Shown here piece by piece: positions 15,767 through 16,274 of a stretch of 16,274 nt of DNA. The stretch spans positions 1-16,274 of the forward strand of contig MTSL01000082.1 in the NCBI GenBank assembly GCA_002794465.1. Direction: 5' to 3'. Each line of letters begins with the position of its first letter. The first letter of the stretch is position 1. Below the pieces are notes generated by a model. It worked only from the letters and a program-made list of their open reading frames with translations. It ran no database searches and was not told the DNA's origin. Source of the DNA: Paramicrosporidium saccamoebae KSL3 (Eukaryota > Fungi > Cryptomycota). The translations under genes were made by a program, and so were the position numbers.

Positions 15767-16274
15767 ATGAAGGTGTTTCTGGCGTTCCTCCCATTTGTGT
15801 TGGCGGCCAAGTTGGATGTGCGCCGCGTCAAGACTCTTCTCCCAGAAGATGCGAGTGATGCCGAGCACAGCAATGCATCAATAGGAGTGTCTACCCTCAT
15901 AGAACGTGGCACAGAACTGGGCCTGGAGCAGCTGAACACTGAGCTTGGAAAAGCACTGGGGGAGGGTATCAATGTGCTGGATGCATCAATCATCATGACC
16001 AACAGTCCAATTTTCCAGACTGACCAACTGCCTGTCATCAAAGAGGCAATGAAGAAGAAATTTTACAGCTATCTGAAATGCATGCTGAACGCCAGTTTTC
16101 CCTGGTGGCAGAATGAGAATGATCGTCACTGGTTTCTGGCATTGTCATACAAGGCGCGCTGGTATGACAGAGAGTTGTGGACTGCACATCGACCAACTTT
16201 ATATTGGAGAGATCACATGGATGCGGCAATTAAGGCGGACAATTTGGCATTCACACTATCTCGTCCCAGAACAT
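15767..16274 (+). CDS. Hypothetical secreted protein with N-terminal signal peptide, 3' end truncated by the window edge
   Basis: Not in the ORF track because there is no stop. Open for 169 codons: MKVFLAFLPFVLAA-KLDVRRVKTLLPEDASDAEHSNASIG...KCMLNASFPWWQNENDRHWFLALSYKARWYDRELW. Confidence 0.8.
   Translation, partial: MKVFLAFLPFVLAAKLDVRRVKTLLPEDASDAEHSNASIGVSTLIERGTELGLEQLNTELGKALGEGINVLDASIIMTNSPIFQTDQLPVIKEAMKKKFYSYLKCMLNASFPWWQNENDRHWFLALSYKARWYDRELWTAHRPTLYWRDHMDAAIKADNLAFTLSRPRT

Overview
Very compact eukaryotic genomic DNA, not prokaryotic. It holds about 13 protein-coding genes with gaps of 8-613 bp and several 27-35 nt GTA...TAG spliceosomal introns. This pattern suggests an early-diverging fungus or Rozellomycota/Paramicrosporidium-like organism that retains complex II and NMD (inference only). 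Gene order: PIS1 (-, runs off the left edge), UPF3 (-), DCAF4/WDR21-like WD40 (+), a non-coding spliced snoRNA host locus (-), NVJ2/TEX2-like PH-SMP protein (+), YPP1/TTC7-like TPR protein (+), TMA46/ZC3H15 (+), DUF167 (+), PA2G4/Cdb4 (-), AAR2 (-), DUS4 (+), SDH3 (-), an orphan ORF (-), and a signal-peptide orphan (+, runs off the right edge). There are two main highlights. First, the apparent intergenic gap at 3650-4130 contains three consecutive introns, each holding one box C/D snoRNA (U24-like, orphan, U16/snR87-like), with conserved D-box-to-3'-splice-site spacing and tiny non-coding exons. Second, the UPF3 C-terminal tail carries three tandem 22-aa PAM2-like (PABP-binding) motifs. All calls were made by eye, without database searches.
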